From positions 219,542,001-219,606,000 of the forward strand of contig OX597814.1 in the NCBI GenBank assembly GCA_951406725.2: a DNA stretch of 64,000 nucleotides. The letters run 5' to 3'. Each line of letters begins with the position of its first letter. Within the stretch, counting starts at the first letter, position 1. A program made the position numbers and the translations under genes. Below the pieces are notes generated by a model that was not told the DNA's origin, made no database searches, and saw only the letters and a program-made list of their open reading frames with translations. The DNA is from Octopus vulgaris (lineage: Eukaryota). Below are positions 48,390 to 62,846 of this stretch, in pieces.

Positions 48390-48840
48390 ATCATCATCAT
48401 CATCATCATCATCATTTAGCGTCTGCTTTCCATGCTAGCATGGGTTTGTCACGGTTCAACTGGGGTCTGTGAAGCCAGAAGGCTTCATCAGGCCCAGTCT
48501 GATCTGGCAGTGTTTCTACGGCTGGATGCCCTTCCTAACGCCAACCACTCCGTGAGTGTAGTGGGTGCTTTTTACGTGCCACCTGCACAGGTGCCAGACG
48601 GAGCTGGCAAACGTGTGTGTGTGTGTGTGTTTACGTGTGTGTGTGTGTGTGTTTGCGCCTCCCCCACTGCATGGCAACTGTTGTTGGTGTGTTTCTGTCC
48701 CTGTAAGCTAGTGGTCCAGCAAAAGAGACTGATAGAATAATTACCAGGTTTCAAAATAAAATAAGTCCTGGAGTTGATGAAAATTCCTCAAGGCAGGGCC
48801 CCAGCATGGCTGCAGTCTAATGACTGAAACAAGTAAAAAA
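48390..48840. mobile_element. RTE 3' end (48390-48612, minus) abutting an old SINE A 3' half (plus)
   Basis: Family matches. Confidence 0.75.
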
Positions 48841-49066
48841 AATAAATCTGGGGAGGGTCTATAGTGGCAACAAATGATCCAAGATGATTAGTGGTAATTT
48901 AAATAGATTAGTTAGTATGAGGAAAGGGAGAAGCCTGAAGTGTTTTAGTGAAGAAGAGAGTGTATTGTGTATGGAGTGAAATGTCTCCAAGAAGTACATG
49001 TAGCAGTAGATGCTGTAGGTAGGTTGATTGTGGTTTCTGAGTCAAGGAGAGTGGAGGTGGATGGTA

Positions 49067-49460
49067 CTCTCTACTCTTTTACTCTTTTGACTGCGGCCAT
49101 GCTGGAGCACCGCCTTTAATCGAGCAACTCAACCCCGGGACTTATTCTTTTGTAAGCCCAGTACTTATTCTATCGGTCTCTTTTGCCGAACCGCTAAGTG
49201 ACGGGGACGTAAACACACCAGCATCGGTTGTCAAGCAATGCTAGGGGGACAAACACAGACACACAAACACACGTACATATATATATATACATACATATAT
49301 ATGACGGGCTTCTTTCAGTTTCTGTCTACCAAATCCACTCACAAGGCTTTGGTCGGGCCGAGGCTATAGTAGAAGACACTTGCCCAAGGTGCCATGCAGT
49401 GGGACTGAACCCGGAACCATGTGATTGGTAAGCAAGCTACTTACCACACAGCCACTCCTG
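49067..49460 (-). mobile_element. SINE family A
   Basis: Near-identical to 19730-20149. Confidence 0.9.
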
Positions 49461-52314
49461 TTAGTCTGTTATAGATAGCATTTTTAGTTACTTTTGGGAA
49501 TTTTGGAGCTGAAAGCGATATGACTCTTCAGATCATTGGATACATTTCTCATGTTAGGATAAGGCCTCAGATCTTTAAAGAGATGGAAATAATTGATTGA
49601 ATAGCTCCATTTGAATTTAATCAGTCCTGTAGGGTTAGGGGATACACAGTATTATGACTTGATAGGCCGTGTGTTCATACGAACCAAGTTAGCATTGGAA
49701 AGTGTATGCGAAATGCATCTCATGCCTATCCTCAGTGACTGTGAAAAGAAAGAAGCACACCAGTTTCTTGTATGAGAGGTTGATGTTGTTTATCTCTAAG
49801 ATCATCCCTGATCAAGTGGACCAGTTTTCAAACGCATTCTAGTTTCGACCATCGTCTTCCTTTGGTCTATATATTCTACACAGAACTATGTTATGTGCTC
49901 TTTTCATTTTTTAAAGATAGTAGGTTATTTCAAAGAAATTTAGTTGCTATTTCTAGTAGGCCAAATGATCACAGAGACTTCCTTGTTGGCTTGTGTATGA
50001 AAGATTGTTGAATGAGGAATCCAAATTAATGTCAAAAGATGCTTTCTTGTTTGTTTATCAGAGTGCAGTTGGTTTGCAGTTGTGCTCTTTGTCCAACCCA
50101 TGATCACACTGAATGTGCTATTTTGTATTAACACTTTGTTGTGGAGATCCCAGGTAAGACTGGCAAAATCCGCAATAGACTGGCTGTATCCTTTGTATTT
50201 CAATGTTATTTTCTAATTATTTGTGTGTGTTGACCAAATATAGTGCTCACGAACACTGTCTTTGGGCCATATTTTCTTTTCTTGCATAGAAACGTGTAAA
50301 TGTCATGTAGACTTACTAGAATTTCTTGACTTCTATGTTTACGGTGTATTTATTATTGTAAATGGTTGGTTGTTTTTAGATAGTGTTACTAGTACAAAAG
50401 GAAATAGTGTACATGGTAGGTGCTACTTTCAGTCTAATTTTTTAGTATGAACTTCTATGTGGCATAACTGCTAGTATGTTTGGGGAATGATGGATGGATG
50501 TAATTTTGCTATCATCTGCATATGATTCTACATGCACGCTTTGTGGAGATGTATTCTGGTCATGTTGGTATCAGTTAAAAGACAAGCATACATACTGTTG
50601 TACATTACATAGGTTTGGTAATGTGAGACATAGTTTACTAGCCAGTGTTTTATGCCGTGTCTTGAGGAGGTGTTAAGTATTTTATTTAAAAAGAAGAATA
50701 CACTAGATAATGCATGGTTTTCATGGGTAGATTACTGTATGAAACAGAGATATCTTGAGTCCAGTATGCTAAAGTGTTATTTTCTGGAAATATCTGAATT
50801 ACAAACTAGCAAAGTGGTCAATGTGGATTTTCTTCAGTCCCTAAAGTTTTACTTGATAAGATTTGGTAATCCAGAGAATAAGTTTAAACAATTTTTCTTT
50901 CTTTCTTTTTAGTTTGGAACAGTGTTTGTGAAAGTTTGATGTACATTTAGTTGGCATTACGGAATTTTTTTATATACAAGGCTAATATTTTAAAGTGTTT
51001 GCCAGGCTTACACACTTGCTTTAGTCTTCACTGAACTGTCCCAGTGGTAGATATTTTTTTATCATTGCTTTCATACATGTCTCACACTTTGCATGTCAAA
51101 CGTAGTCATCTGCAAACAATACTTTATACCATGTAATTCCTGAACAGGAAAGTGTGTTATAATCTAATCTACTCTATACATTCAGTAAGTTTAAACATAT
51201 CTCAAAAAATATTTAAAACAAGATTATTCTTGATAAATCTCTGTGGAGTAGAACCAATCTTTAGTTGACATTGTTGCTAAGAGAGTGATGATTGTGGTAC
51301 CCGTTTTATACCGTCATCAAATTTACCCTGCATATTTGCCAGTTGGTTGAATTGGCATTTCCCTGTCTGTAACAAATCTCTTTACTGAGACAAGTTTTCT
51401 CTACAAAAACAAAACAGAAGACATTTTGTTTCTATTCACATTGATTAAGAAAAAATAGTAAAATTGCTGCAAAGTTATATAAAATGACCCATAAACAAAG
51501 TTATCATTTTTAGATATAAAATAATTTGGCTTGTTATTTGTGACATTGGATAGGTGATTCACATAGTCATTGAAAGTTTTTAGGTAGAATTAATGAAATG
51601 TCACATGAATAGCCTCAGTAGTTGTTAAAATTTCAGTTTATTTGCCTTTCTAGTGTTGTGAATATTTGGTAATTTTTATAGCAAATACTTTACTGAACTT
51701 GTAATTATTTAGTGTGTATGTCTGCTGGGGCTTATTTCAAACACAGATTGTAATGATTCTTTAAAGTTCATGTTTTGCGTGTCCAATATCACTTATTTGT
51801 ATTGTCTTACTGTTTATACTTTATCACTTTCATCACCACTGTTGATATTGTCATCCTCACGATGTTGTTATTGTAGGAAATCACACTATTGTTGCTGCTG
51901 CGGTTTGCATTTCAATAAGTGGCATCTGTAGTTGCGAAGGGATCCATTAAGTTGGTAGTTGCTGATAAGTGGATTTGTGGTTTGAAAGAAATCATTTTTG
52001 TGCCGTGGTGTTAAAATATTATCAGATTGTTGCTTCTTTCTGAAGATTAACATTGATTGAACAAGTAGATGTAAGACATGGAGCAGCTGATATTAGCAGT
52101 GGATTAGAGCTGTGAATTTAAGAGATTCAAAGCCAGGAAGCATTAGGTACTTAATTCAGTGTCCTGGAGTTGGTGGTAAGTAATAATTATTGATCAAGAA
52201 GTAATGATAGGTCCTTGATGGATGCTAGAGTTAATGGAACTAAGTATTGAGAAGGCTAGGTTTGGCATGAACCCTACGATTCACAAGATTGGAGCTTAAC
52301 CCATTTTCCATAGC

Positions 52315-52672
52315 AGTGGCCGATGCCAGCGCCGCCTCGACTGGCTTCTGTGCCGGTGGCACATAAAAAGCACCATCCGAACATGGCCGATGCCAGTGCC
52401 GCCTTGGCTGGCTTCCGTGCCGGTGGCACGTTAAAAGCACCAAACGATCGTGGCCGATGCCAGACCCCCCCCCCTGGCACCTGTGCAGGTGGCACGTAAA
52501 AAGCACCCACTACACTCGTGGAGTGATTGGCGTTAGGAAGGGCATCCAACTGTAGAAACACTGCCAGATCAGACTGGAGCCTGGTGCAGCCCCTGGCTTC
52601 CCAGACCCCGGTCGAACCGTCCAACCCGTGCTAGCGTGGAAAACGGACGTTAAACGATGATGATGATGATGA
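52315..52672 (+). mobile_element. RTE 3' end (second subfamily)
   Basis: Match to 16155-16495 and 58538-58872. Confidence 0.85.
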
Positions 52673-52875
52673 TAAATGGCTGAAACTGCAACATTTCCCT
52701 TGAGTAGGACCCTGCTCTGTTGTAGGGTTAAGTTTTCAACTATTGCTGGAACTCATTTCACAGCAGAGTGGGCTGGAGTACCATGAAATGAGGTGGTTTG
52801 CTCAAGAACACAGCATCTCCTGATCCTAGAATTGAAACCATGATCTTACAGTCTTGAGTGCAGTGCCCTAAATGC

Positions 52876-53100
52876 TATACTTATTTCTTTACTACCCACA
52901 AGGGGCTAAACACAGAGGGGACAAACAAATGTATTAAGTCGAATACATCGACCCCAGTGCGTAACTGGTACTTATTTAATCGACCCTGAAAGGATGAAAG
53001 GCAAAGTCGACCTTGGCTGAATTTGAACTCAGAACGTAACGGCAGACGAAATATGACTACGCATTTCGCCCGGCGTGCTAACGTCTCTGCCAGCTCGCCT
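52876..53100 (-). mobile_element. SINE family C
   Basis: Match to 12627-12856; flanks ctaaatgctatac / ctaaatactatac resemble a TSD. Confidence 0.85.
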
Positions 53101-53786
53101 AAATACTATACTGTGTGCCTTCACTGTTGAGAAGGTACTGTAGGTATAAATGGATAGGATCTAATCAATTTAGAAGCTTTGAACCGAGATGTCTCTGCTT
53201 GTATTTTGTTGAAGGTCTTCTGAAAAGAAATATTGATTTGTAATGTGGAATAAGGCTAAAGATTTTTTTTTAAGGTGGGTGTGGTTGATTAAACCAATCC
53301 CAGCCACTATTGATCCTAATATGTTCTGAAAGGGATTGATTCAATTAATTAGCAGCCATCAAAGATGTAGCAGAAATGGTTATGGTACTGGATTTACAGC
53401 ATTTAGTTTCTTGACATGATACGATAAGTAACAATAATAATCTATTCAATAGGCTGTCTCTTTCTTATAAAAGTATGACATTGTACCAGTATAAAGAAAC
53501 CATTGTAGTATATCTTTCTTGGAGCTAAACACTACAAGTAGTAGACAGTTAGTAGATGTAACCTTTTGGAAGCCATTTTTATTATCATTATCATGAGAGA
53601 GAGAGATTAAAACTTTTGTAGAAGATTATCCTAAACTGTTGTTTCCAACATGAGGTTGGAATGGGATTATGTTCAGACTTTAATTTATATGATTCTTATT
53701 TACGTGTTTGTGGAAAGAGAAGTTTAAAAGTTTGGATCGGATAGGCAGTAAAGTGATCCCATGATTGCAGGTATAATATATATACC

Positions 53787-53944
53787 TGGAGTGGCTGTGT
53801 GGTAAGTAGCTTGCTTACTAACCACATGGTTCTGGGTTCAGTCCCACTGCGGGGCACCTTGGGCAAGTGTCTTCTACTATAGCCTTGGACTGACCAAAGC
53901 CTTGTGAGTGGATTTAGTAGATGGTAACTGAAAGAAGCCTATCG

Positions 53945-53989
<45 letters not shown>

Positions 53990-54205
53990 ATATGTTTGTG
54001 TGTCTGTATTTGTCCCCCCAACATCGCTTGACAACCAATGCTGGTGTGTTTACGTCCCTGTAACTTAGCAGTTCGGCAAAAGAGACCAATTGAATAAGTA
54101 CTAAGTTTACAAAGAATAAGTCCTGGGGTTGATTCGTTCGACTAAAGGCGGTGCTCCAGCATGGCCACAGTCAAATGACTGAAACAAGTAAAAGAGTAAA
54201 AGAGA
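53787..54205 (+). mobile_element. SINE family A
   Basis: Match to 7209-7610. Confidence 0.9.
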
Positions 54206-54435
54206 TATATTTTAGTATCAATTTTGGTAATGAAAGGCAAATATGAATCCTCATATTTGGGATCAGAGACAAGAGATTGGACGAACTGATTGGGTACTCA
54301 AAAAGCTGGGATAAATAATCATCGTAAAGAATCAAGGGGTCATTTAATGTAAAATGTGGATATGAGAATTAAGCTTTAAGAGGTGTGTGATAGCACAGAA
54401 CATGTTGGTATTGTGAAAAAGAAGGGATAATTTAA

Positions 54436-54654
54436 CCCTTTAGTGTTCAGATTATTCAATCAAACATAATGCCTATTGATTCCCATTGATTTGAATTAAT
54501 CATGCATTATCTCATATCTTCAAGATCTTGATGGTGTAATTACTTAATGTAGAATGACATTGTAGGGTAGGTGTGAGAGCCTGGATCTGGTCAGTTTGAA
54601 CATAAAACAGAATAGCTATTTTGGCCGGATATGGCCAGTTTAAATACTAAAGGG
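54436..54654. mobile_element. TTAA-targeting MITE
   Basis: TTAA|ccctttag...ctaaaggg|TTAA; homologous to 40947-41175. Confidence 0.8.
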
Positions 54655-55725
54655 TTAAGCAAGGAATGGTATCATAAAAATATGAGATGTATTTTAAAGC
54701 ATCAAGGTACTGTAAAATATATTGTGTACTGTAAGATATGAGAAGTATCAGAAGACACTTTGGTACCATAGACAATGTGAATTGTAAAGAACTGAAGTGA
54801 TGCCACAAGAAATCAGAAATATTACGTACAGGATTCTTAATGAAGGTCTTTTACCAGGAGGTGTGCAAGATAGCTGGTTGCTGCAAGAAATAAAGGCTAT
54901 TATCATAAAACAGTTTTACCACCTGAATCATTTAATTATTCTAAATAAATGAATTATTAACCTACTATACAGTCAGGGAAAATTGATAATTCAGTTCTTT
55001 GATTTGTTGTTGTTGTTATAATTATCAATGGTTAAATATTATGTAATCATGATAATTTGCTGAATAGAATTTTAGTATTTCAGTCTTCAGTAGAGTTTGT
55101 CATTGATAAGTAAATGCCACAAGCAAGTTAACTTCAGTGGCAGCAGCCCTGTTATCAATGGAATATGAGCGGTTTTTTTCTCTCATTTTATTTGCACAAG
55201 GTAAAACGAAAATGCTTATGTTTATGCATATTTTGACACTTAGATTCAGAACAAATTCATCATTATTTAAAGAGAAAATGAAGAAAAATTGAATTTAAAA
55301 AAAAAAAAAAATCAGTTTATTTATTCTATTTTAGTTTTATTTACATTTCTTTTTTTTTTTTTCTTTTCAATATTCTGTGGAAGCACCTAGTAGCATGAGA
55401 TTGAAATGTACCTTCAATCGCTATTTCAAGCTGTTTTGACATATACAGCTTATGCCTTTTTTTTTTTTTTTCTTCTTGGAAAAGACGTGAATGTAAAAAT
55501 ATTCAATTTTCTCTTCTTAAATATAATATCTTTGAATTGTGTCAAAACAAAGCTGCTACTTTTGTGTTGTGATAGATTAGCTTGGAAACCTATGACTTTC
55601 AATACCCAAATTAAGTTAAATCACTTTATTCTCACAAATGCCCTAGAGATTAATGAATGCCATGCTTCTAATTTCCATTATTTTCTATTTCTATATTGAA
55701 ACGAAGATAATGGAAATAGTAATAA

Positions 55726-56120
55726 CTAGCAGTATCGCCCGGCGTTGCTCGGGTTTGTAAGGGAAATAACTATATAAGCATTTTTAGAGATGTAAAGTAT
55801 AATAACCATCTCAATATGGCTAACGACAAAGGGGGGGGGTTACTGTAGCTTTTTACGTTCTGAGATTTAATAATACATTTTTAGAGAGTTACTTACCTTA
55901 TATATGCCAAAAATGCATTAAAAGTGGGAAAAAATGATGGTAAATTTTTTTTAAATCATAGACTCATCGTAGACGCGCGCTAATACCCAGAAGGGCTCGA
56001 TATGAATCACGACTATAAGATACCCGGTTTTGGTTAAACTGCACCGCAAAATGTGGGAGTAGTTAGGAATCTAAATCATAGGAGACAGACACCACACAAC
56101 CTCACTTTTATATATATAGA
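55726..56120 (-). mobile_element. Non-autonomous Helitron
   Basis: TC...hairpin-CTAG termini in an A|T target. Confidence 0.85.
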
Positions 56121-57235
56121 TTAGCAAAGGTAACAAATTTCAGTTTAATCTGGACATGATTAAGAAAGATCTCCAGAGGCATGATGTTATCTTGGAGGAT
56201 GCGGAGGTGCTGGTGTGGGACTATCAGCAGTGGTGTATACCGGTAGACCTGGTCGGCTCTGGTCAGCATGATGATGTCTCTGGGACCACTTCTTGGAATG
56301 ACCCAGCTCCAAGCAAGAGCATGAAGCAAGCAAGCACTAATGCCTTTTTGTTTCCTCTGATGCATTAACATCATAAATGAAATAAACTGCTGTTGTCAGG
56401 TGAAGATGGCTTGTGGAGCAAATAAGTCAAGACATTGGACTATCTGTACTTATGTCAGGAGTTCAAATTCACTGTGTTTTGTTAGATTCCTGGCCAGAAT
56501 GCTTTACATTGGCTCAGTTTACTTAATTGTCTGAAATGTATTACTACTCATCTGGGAATATTGTGATACATCAACATCCTATTCAGAAGATGAAATATCT
56601 AATTAATGTCATGAAACCAGAGCTTTTTAATATTCAAATAATCTAGTTTTCTCAGGAAATTGCTACATACTATATTAAGCTGGTCACATTAACAGTAATA
56701 TTCCTTACATGAGGTCACAAAGAAGTGGGGTTAGTTAATTGAATAGGCTTTAGTATATGACAGGTACCATTTTTTTGTAGTCTCTGAAGGGATAAAAGAT
56801 GAAATTGGCTTTGATGGAAGCTGAAATTAGAATATATAGGGGTGAAATTGAATACCAAAAGAGATTTACACTACAGTAGATTACAATTTCTGCTTCTTCA
56901 ATTCACTGGATTTGTTTTTGTTTTTTTTTTCATTACATTATGTTCTTATATTGTCTTCTTCTCATTTGCATGTAACATTTAAAGGATTGTAGCAATATGT
57001 CACAAGGCAGTTTGTAGAGTAGATGTGAGTTCTGCCACCCACCATCCTTTTCCTAGTAATGATCAGAGCAATCAGCTGTAGACTGAGTTGAAAACACTAG
57101 AATTGATATTTTCTGATATTAAATTTCTTATCTCTGGTTTTGAGTCTGAAATCTGATCTTGTTTGCTATAGTCTTCGGTCATTACATTTAAAGGTAGTAG
57201 TAGTAATTACTTATTAATTACTACGACCTTTAGTT

Positions 57236-57680
57236 CATCATCGTTTAATGTCCGTTTTCCATGCTAGCATGGGTTGGACGGTTCAACTGGGGTCTGGGGA
57301 GCTAGTAGGCTGCACCAGGCCCAGTCTGATCTGGCAGTGTTTCTACAGCTGGATGCCCTTCCTAACGCCAACCACTCCGTGAGTGTAGTGGGTGCTTTTT
57401 ACGTGCCACCGGCACAGGTGCCAGACGAGGCTGGCAAACGGCCACGATCGGATGGTGCTTTTTACGTGCCACCAGCACGGGGGCTAGACAAGGCTGGCAA
57501 CGGCCACAATCGGATGGTGTTTTTTATGTGCCACCGGCACTGAGGCCGGTCGGGGCTGCGCTGGCAACGGCCACGTTCGGACGGTTCTCTAATGTGCCAC
57601 CGGCACTGGTATCACAGCTACAATTTCCATTGATGTTCATCGATTTCGATTTTCACTTACCTCAACAGGTCTTCACAAGG
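57236..57680 (-). mobile_element. RTE 3' end (four hairpin units)
   Basis: Reverse match to 22550-23070. Confidence 0.85.
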
Positions 57681-58344
57681 TAGGAAGCTACACATTTATA
57701 GGAAATGGAATCACATTCACATGAACCGCATTCAGTCTCCTAGTACACCTGGAAAAGGTGTAGTGGCTCAAGGTGGCAGAATTAGTTTTATTTACATTTG
57801 AAATATTTCTGTTTCTCACTGCACAAGCAACTCATACTATTGTCTTCTATTCAAGGCACTACAGTTATCAATTTCATCTGAACTGTTGCCATAATTATTG
57901 TGATTGTTGAAGTCAGTGCAGTGGTCAGAAATATTGAGTGCTCTGCTAATTTAATTTAACGCCATGTTTTATATTGTTCACTCTGCCTTTCATTCCTTCA
58001 GGTTGATAAAAATATGCTGAAGGCAAGTTGATCCAACTGAATATACCAGTCTTCTAATTTCTAGGCTTTTGCCTCAAATAGTATAAACATTTGTGTTATC
58101 ATTGCTGTTGTGGTCCTCATCTGTGGTTATCATGTTTCATCAGCATTTCTAGTTTCTTTGCTTTGCATGAATTTGATGACAGATTTCAGATTTGAGCATG
58201 ATTTTGTGTATTTAGTTGAGGAAACATATATAGCAGCATCACTTCTGTTATGGATCATTGGTTCCACTTATCAGGAAAGTGGATTTTATCACAAGAAGAT
58301 ATGGGTGATCTATCAGGCTAACAAGTTTTATTTATCTAATTCAT

Positions 58345-58872
58345 ACCTCCATGCCAGTGGAATGTAAAAAGCACCCAGCACACTGTTGAGTAGTTGGTGT
58401 TAGGAAGGGCATCCAGCCATAGAAACCATGCCACAACAGACAGTTGGGGTCTGGACAGCTCTCTGCTAGCCAGCTCCATGTCAAACTGTCCAACCCATGC
58501 CAGCATGGAAAGCAGACGTTAAACGTTGATGATGTTCCGGCCGATGCCAGCGCCGCCTCGACTGGCTTCTGTGCCGGTGGCACATAAAAAGCACCATCCG
58601 AACGTGGCCGATGCCAGCGCTGCCTTGGCTGGCTTCCGTGCCGGTGGCATGTTAAAAGCACCAACCGGTTGTGACCAATGCCAGACTCCCCTGGCACATA
58701 AAAAGCACCCACTACACTTGCGGAGTGGTTGGCGTTAGGAAGGGCATTCAGCTGTAGAAACACTGCCAGATCAGACTGGAGCCTGGTGCAGCCCCTGGCT
58801 TCCCAGACCCCATCGAACCGTCCAACCCGTACTAGCGCGGAAAATTGACGTTAAACGATGATGCTGATGATG
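58345..58872 (+). mobile_element. Old RTE 3' end (58345-58530) with a younger one inserted at its GAT tail (58538-58872)
   Basis: Two consecutive family termini of different divergence. Confidence 0.8.
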
Positions 58873-58968
58873 ATAATGTCCTTAAGTGTAATGGTGGCAT
58901 TAATGATTTATTGGCCATGCAGTCTTTAGGAACAAATTTTTGGTAGTTAAACATAATATAGATGGTAC

Positions 58969-59141
58969 AGCTTTGCTCTGTATAAGAGCTTTGCTCTGTA
59001 TAAGAGCTTTGCTCTGTATAAGAGCTTTGCTCTGTATAAGAGCTTTGCTCTGTATAAGAGCTTTGCTCTGTATAAGAGCTTTGCTCTGTATAAGAGCTTT
59101 GCTCTGTATAAGAGCTTTGCTCTGTATAAGAGCTTTGCTCT
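58969..59141. repeat. Perfect 18-bp minisatellite (agctttgctctgtataag), about 9.6 copies
   Basis: Direct inspection, no mismatches seen. Confidence 0.95.
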
Positions 59142-60255
59142 TGTATTTTGTTGAAAAATTACCATATACGTAGGTAGGCAGTGGTTGGCAGGTTCAATAG
59201 ACAAAATTCCTTGAGATATCTCATTTTGTTGCTATAGAAGTTCAGACTATGCCAAGATCGATTTTACATTTAATTTTTTGTGGGGTTGATAAAACATGTA
59301 GCAGTCAAATAATAAATAAGTTCTCCACCATTTCCACCAAACCACCACCTTTCCTCTGCATCACCATTTTAACATTACTAATGATAATGATGGTACTAGG
59401 ACATCCATAACAAATGAGATGGTTGTATTGAATGTATGTTGTGAGTCATTGTTTTAGTATTAGAGGGTCTTGTGCAGAATTTGTATGTTACTTGGTAGTG
59501 TTACTTTTTGAATTGTGTGCCATACTAAGTCCCAGTTTAGTACTTAAATTTTTGTTTCATGTTCTTTCTTCTTTTTTTTTATTTATTATCATGAACCAAA
59601 ACATAAGTACCCCACCAAAACATAAGTACCCCACCAAAGCTTGCAATATTGCACACAAAAATTAATACTTCTGGTTAACATACAGATTCTGCTCCATTTG
59701 TTATTAACACTAATCTTATTCACATTATCTATTTTCATTATCTTGTTATCTAGTTTTTTGTTCTTGGATAATTATAATTAACCTATTTATGGTTGACATT
59801 TGGTAGTAGGTAGGGATTGGAATGCCTCTCAGAATGCACTGATTTCTTCTGGTGTCTTTTGTTACAATATCTAGATTTATATGTTTTTCTTTTCTATGTC
59901 AGTCTAAGGAGTGGATATGTTTTAGTTTTATTATGATCACATACAAGTGCATTACTGATTTTTCAACAAGTAATGATGTTGGTATCTCTTTTAATACAAA
60001 CACAATTATATGAAGGCAGCTGAATTTCCTGCAACCATTATTATCATTTTTGCTACTAGGCTTTTATTACATGCATTTGTTTATTCACTAATGAGTGACA
60101 TGTCATGAAGGTGGAGACTTTTCTGTCTGTCGGTCTCTCTCCTCATCTAACTGTAGTGGTGCGAAGGCCCAAATGTTTAGAACTGAATCTGGCACTATGT
60201 ACTTACTCCCCAAGGACATTTACTTGAAAATGTAACTGTGAAGAATATGTTAATA

Positions 60256-60408
60256 TATTTCTTTACTGCCCAGAAGGGGCTAAACAAGGACAGACGAAGG
60301 GATTGAGTCGATTATATCGACCCCAGTGCGAAACTGGTACTTTATTCATCGACCCCGAAAGGATGAAAGGCAAAGTTGACCTCGGCGGAATTTGAACTCA
60401 GAACGTAG
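60256..60408 (-). mobile_element. SINE family C, 5'-truncated
   Basis: Match to 3557-3720. Confidence 0.8.
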
Positions 60409-61654
60409 AAAGCTTATCTCCACTGCAGAGAATATGATGTTCCATAATGAAAGAGGAAAAGATACTTGTCAAGAGAGGGTCCTGATGGTACCCAAGGGCT
60501 AGGAGATTGGCATGTGGTGATTGGTTTAGTTTTTGAATATTTGCACCTTTATATTATTGTAGTCGAACACTGGAGGAATGTGTCTGCTTTTGTGGCATGT
60601 TTCTAGTGAATAGGAAGAGCCACATTGGGAAAATTTAATTGTGCAAAAGTTGTTAATAGTTTGGTAGTAGCCTTGTAGGAATTAACCCTGAATTACTATT
60701 ATGGGATCCCCTTTTAATTTGACGAAATGGATAATCCAACATGGGTCTGGCACCAAGAATGCTTGAAAATTGATGGTGAACCTGTACCTGATTTGATAGG
60801 GGTTTGTTGTTTTATGGCTTAGTCAAAGGAAGAATGGCAGTGTCTGTGACCTATTGTAAGATCTCCAACGCTGACAGAGTAAAGGGAAGAAGAAACTGCT
60901 GGAAGCCAATTGCCAAGTGTAAGCATATTCTGCCAATAGGACATTCTCCTAAAAAGTTACTAACAAGACCCTACCCGTGTCATATTTGCTGCTGGGCTCC
61001 GCTGTAGAATCACTTGCATGTATGTTCTGCTAATATCATTTCCCTATCCAACACACACTCAGCAAGACATTAGGTGCTTCTGGTTTTGTTTAACTTACTT
61101 GGTTGATTAATCAATTAATTAATTGTCTGCTTTGGTATCTAACAACTACTGAATCTTTTTATCATTGATTATTAAGCAAAACAAAAGAAGTTTCTTTTTT
61201 GTCTCTTTTTCCAAAATTTTGCTTTTTAATCAAGGTTTTTATTTTTTAAATAAATCTTATAGCGGAAGAGATAAAAAAACAAAAGAGAAGGAAATAAAAT
61301 TACAAGATAAAACAAATAACAGTAGAAAAACTTATACATAGCCACATAGTAAGATGCTTTTGTTTAACGCAATACATTTACTTACATAGTTAGAAGCCAA
61401 GAAAATATTTTTACAAATATTAGCAGCTGTAATATTTGTTCAAAAATATATTCACTGTTTTGATAGATTAGTGGAAATATTACCTTTGAAAAAGTTGTTT
61501 ATTGGTGAGAGGGGGAGCTTCCAGTCATAGAAAATACCTACCATGTCAAATTTAACACCTGATCCATGCAGGCCTGAAAATGGATGTTCAAATCATAATA
61601 ACAATGATGGTGATGATAATAATTTGCTTTCAGATTTTGAATTATTGTAATATT

Positions 61655-62305
61655 GGTTTCAAATTTCAACACAAGGCCAGCAATTTCGAGAGAGTGGCTA
61701 AGTTGATTACATCAATCCCAGTGCTAAGCTGATACTTACTTCACTGACCGTGGCAGAATTTGGACTCCAAACTTAAAAACGGATGAAATGCTGCCAAGCA
61801 TTTTACTTGGCATGCAAACTATTCTGGCAGCTAGCCGCCTAAATTATAATCTTGACCTATCATTATCATCATTTAATGTCAGTTGTCCATGCTGGCATGG
61901 TTTGACCAGGGCTGGCAAGCTGGAAGGCTGCACCAGACTCCAGTCTGATCTAGCATGGTTGCTATGGCTAGATTCCCTTCCTAACGCCAACCACTCTGAG
62001 AGCATAACGGGTACTTTTACATGCCACTGGCACGGGTGTCATTTGCGTGACTCCAGTATCTTCCACAACTGCGATTTTGCTCGGCTTGGTGGGTCTTCTT
62101 CCCAAGCGTGACATAATGCCAAAGGTCTCAGTCGTTGCCTCTGTGAGGCCCAACACTCAAAAGGAGCTCAGCCACGTTGCCTCCATGAGGCCCAATGCTT
62201 GAAAAGTGCTTTTTACGTGACACCAACACCAGCCATGACTATGATTTCACTTGGCTTGATGGGTCTTCTGCTCAAGCACAGCATATCACCAAGGGTCTCA
62301 GTCAG
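61655..62305 (-). mobile_element. Old SINE C (61655-61840) and old RTE 3' end (61860-62305)
   Basis: Diverged family matches. Confidence 0.7.
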
Positions 62306-62709
62306 CTTTTGTGAAGGCTGAGCAATCCAGACGTTAAATGGGTTTTTGTCACTTGATGTTTGCAGGACATTTTGTATTAGTCAGTAGCTTTGTTGTTGTA
62401 GTTTTTTTTTTGTTTTTTTTTTTTGAGGTCAACATGTCTATAGTGTTTAGATTTGATGAGTTGTTGTTTTGAGTTTGTGTAGTTGCTGTTTTCTTAGAAT
62501 GTAATTAATTAGGTTGTCTATTGTTTTCTGAATCTTATGTTATAAAAGAGGAACGGATTTCGGTCTGTCTGTCTGTCTGTCACAACATCTATTACAGGGA
62601 AGGAAAGAAGTATGCGTGTGTGTGTGGGGGGGATCAAAATATACATCACAACATATTTTGAAGAAAAGGAGGAGAAAAAGTTGTTGAGAGAGAGAGAGAG
62701 AGAGAGAGA

Positions 62710-62742
<33 letters not shown>

Positions 62743-62846
62743 TTAGACAGATAGATAAATAGGTAAGTAGGTAGTGTTGTCACCATAGCAACTAACAAGT
62801 TTTGATTAAAAACACAAGAATTTTAAGTGAAAGTCTGTCAACGTAA

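Noticed and set aside
55084-55200. Coding exon continuing MAASCIYE
   Set aside because: In-frame stop in the required phase; at most a UTR or alternative exon, with no support
59598-59637. 19-bp tandem duplication aaacataagtaccccacca
   Set aside because: Ordinary two-copy slippage duplication
62533-62825. Possible Helitron 5' end (tcttatgttataaaagag...gtctgtctgtc)
   Set aside because: No matching hairpin-CTRR 3' end was found
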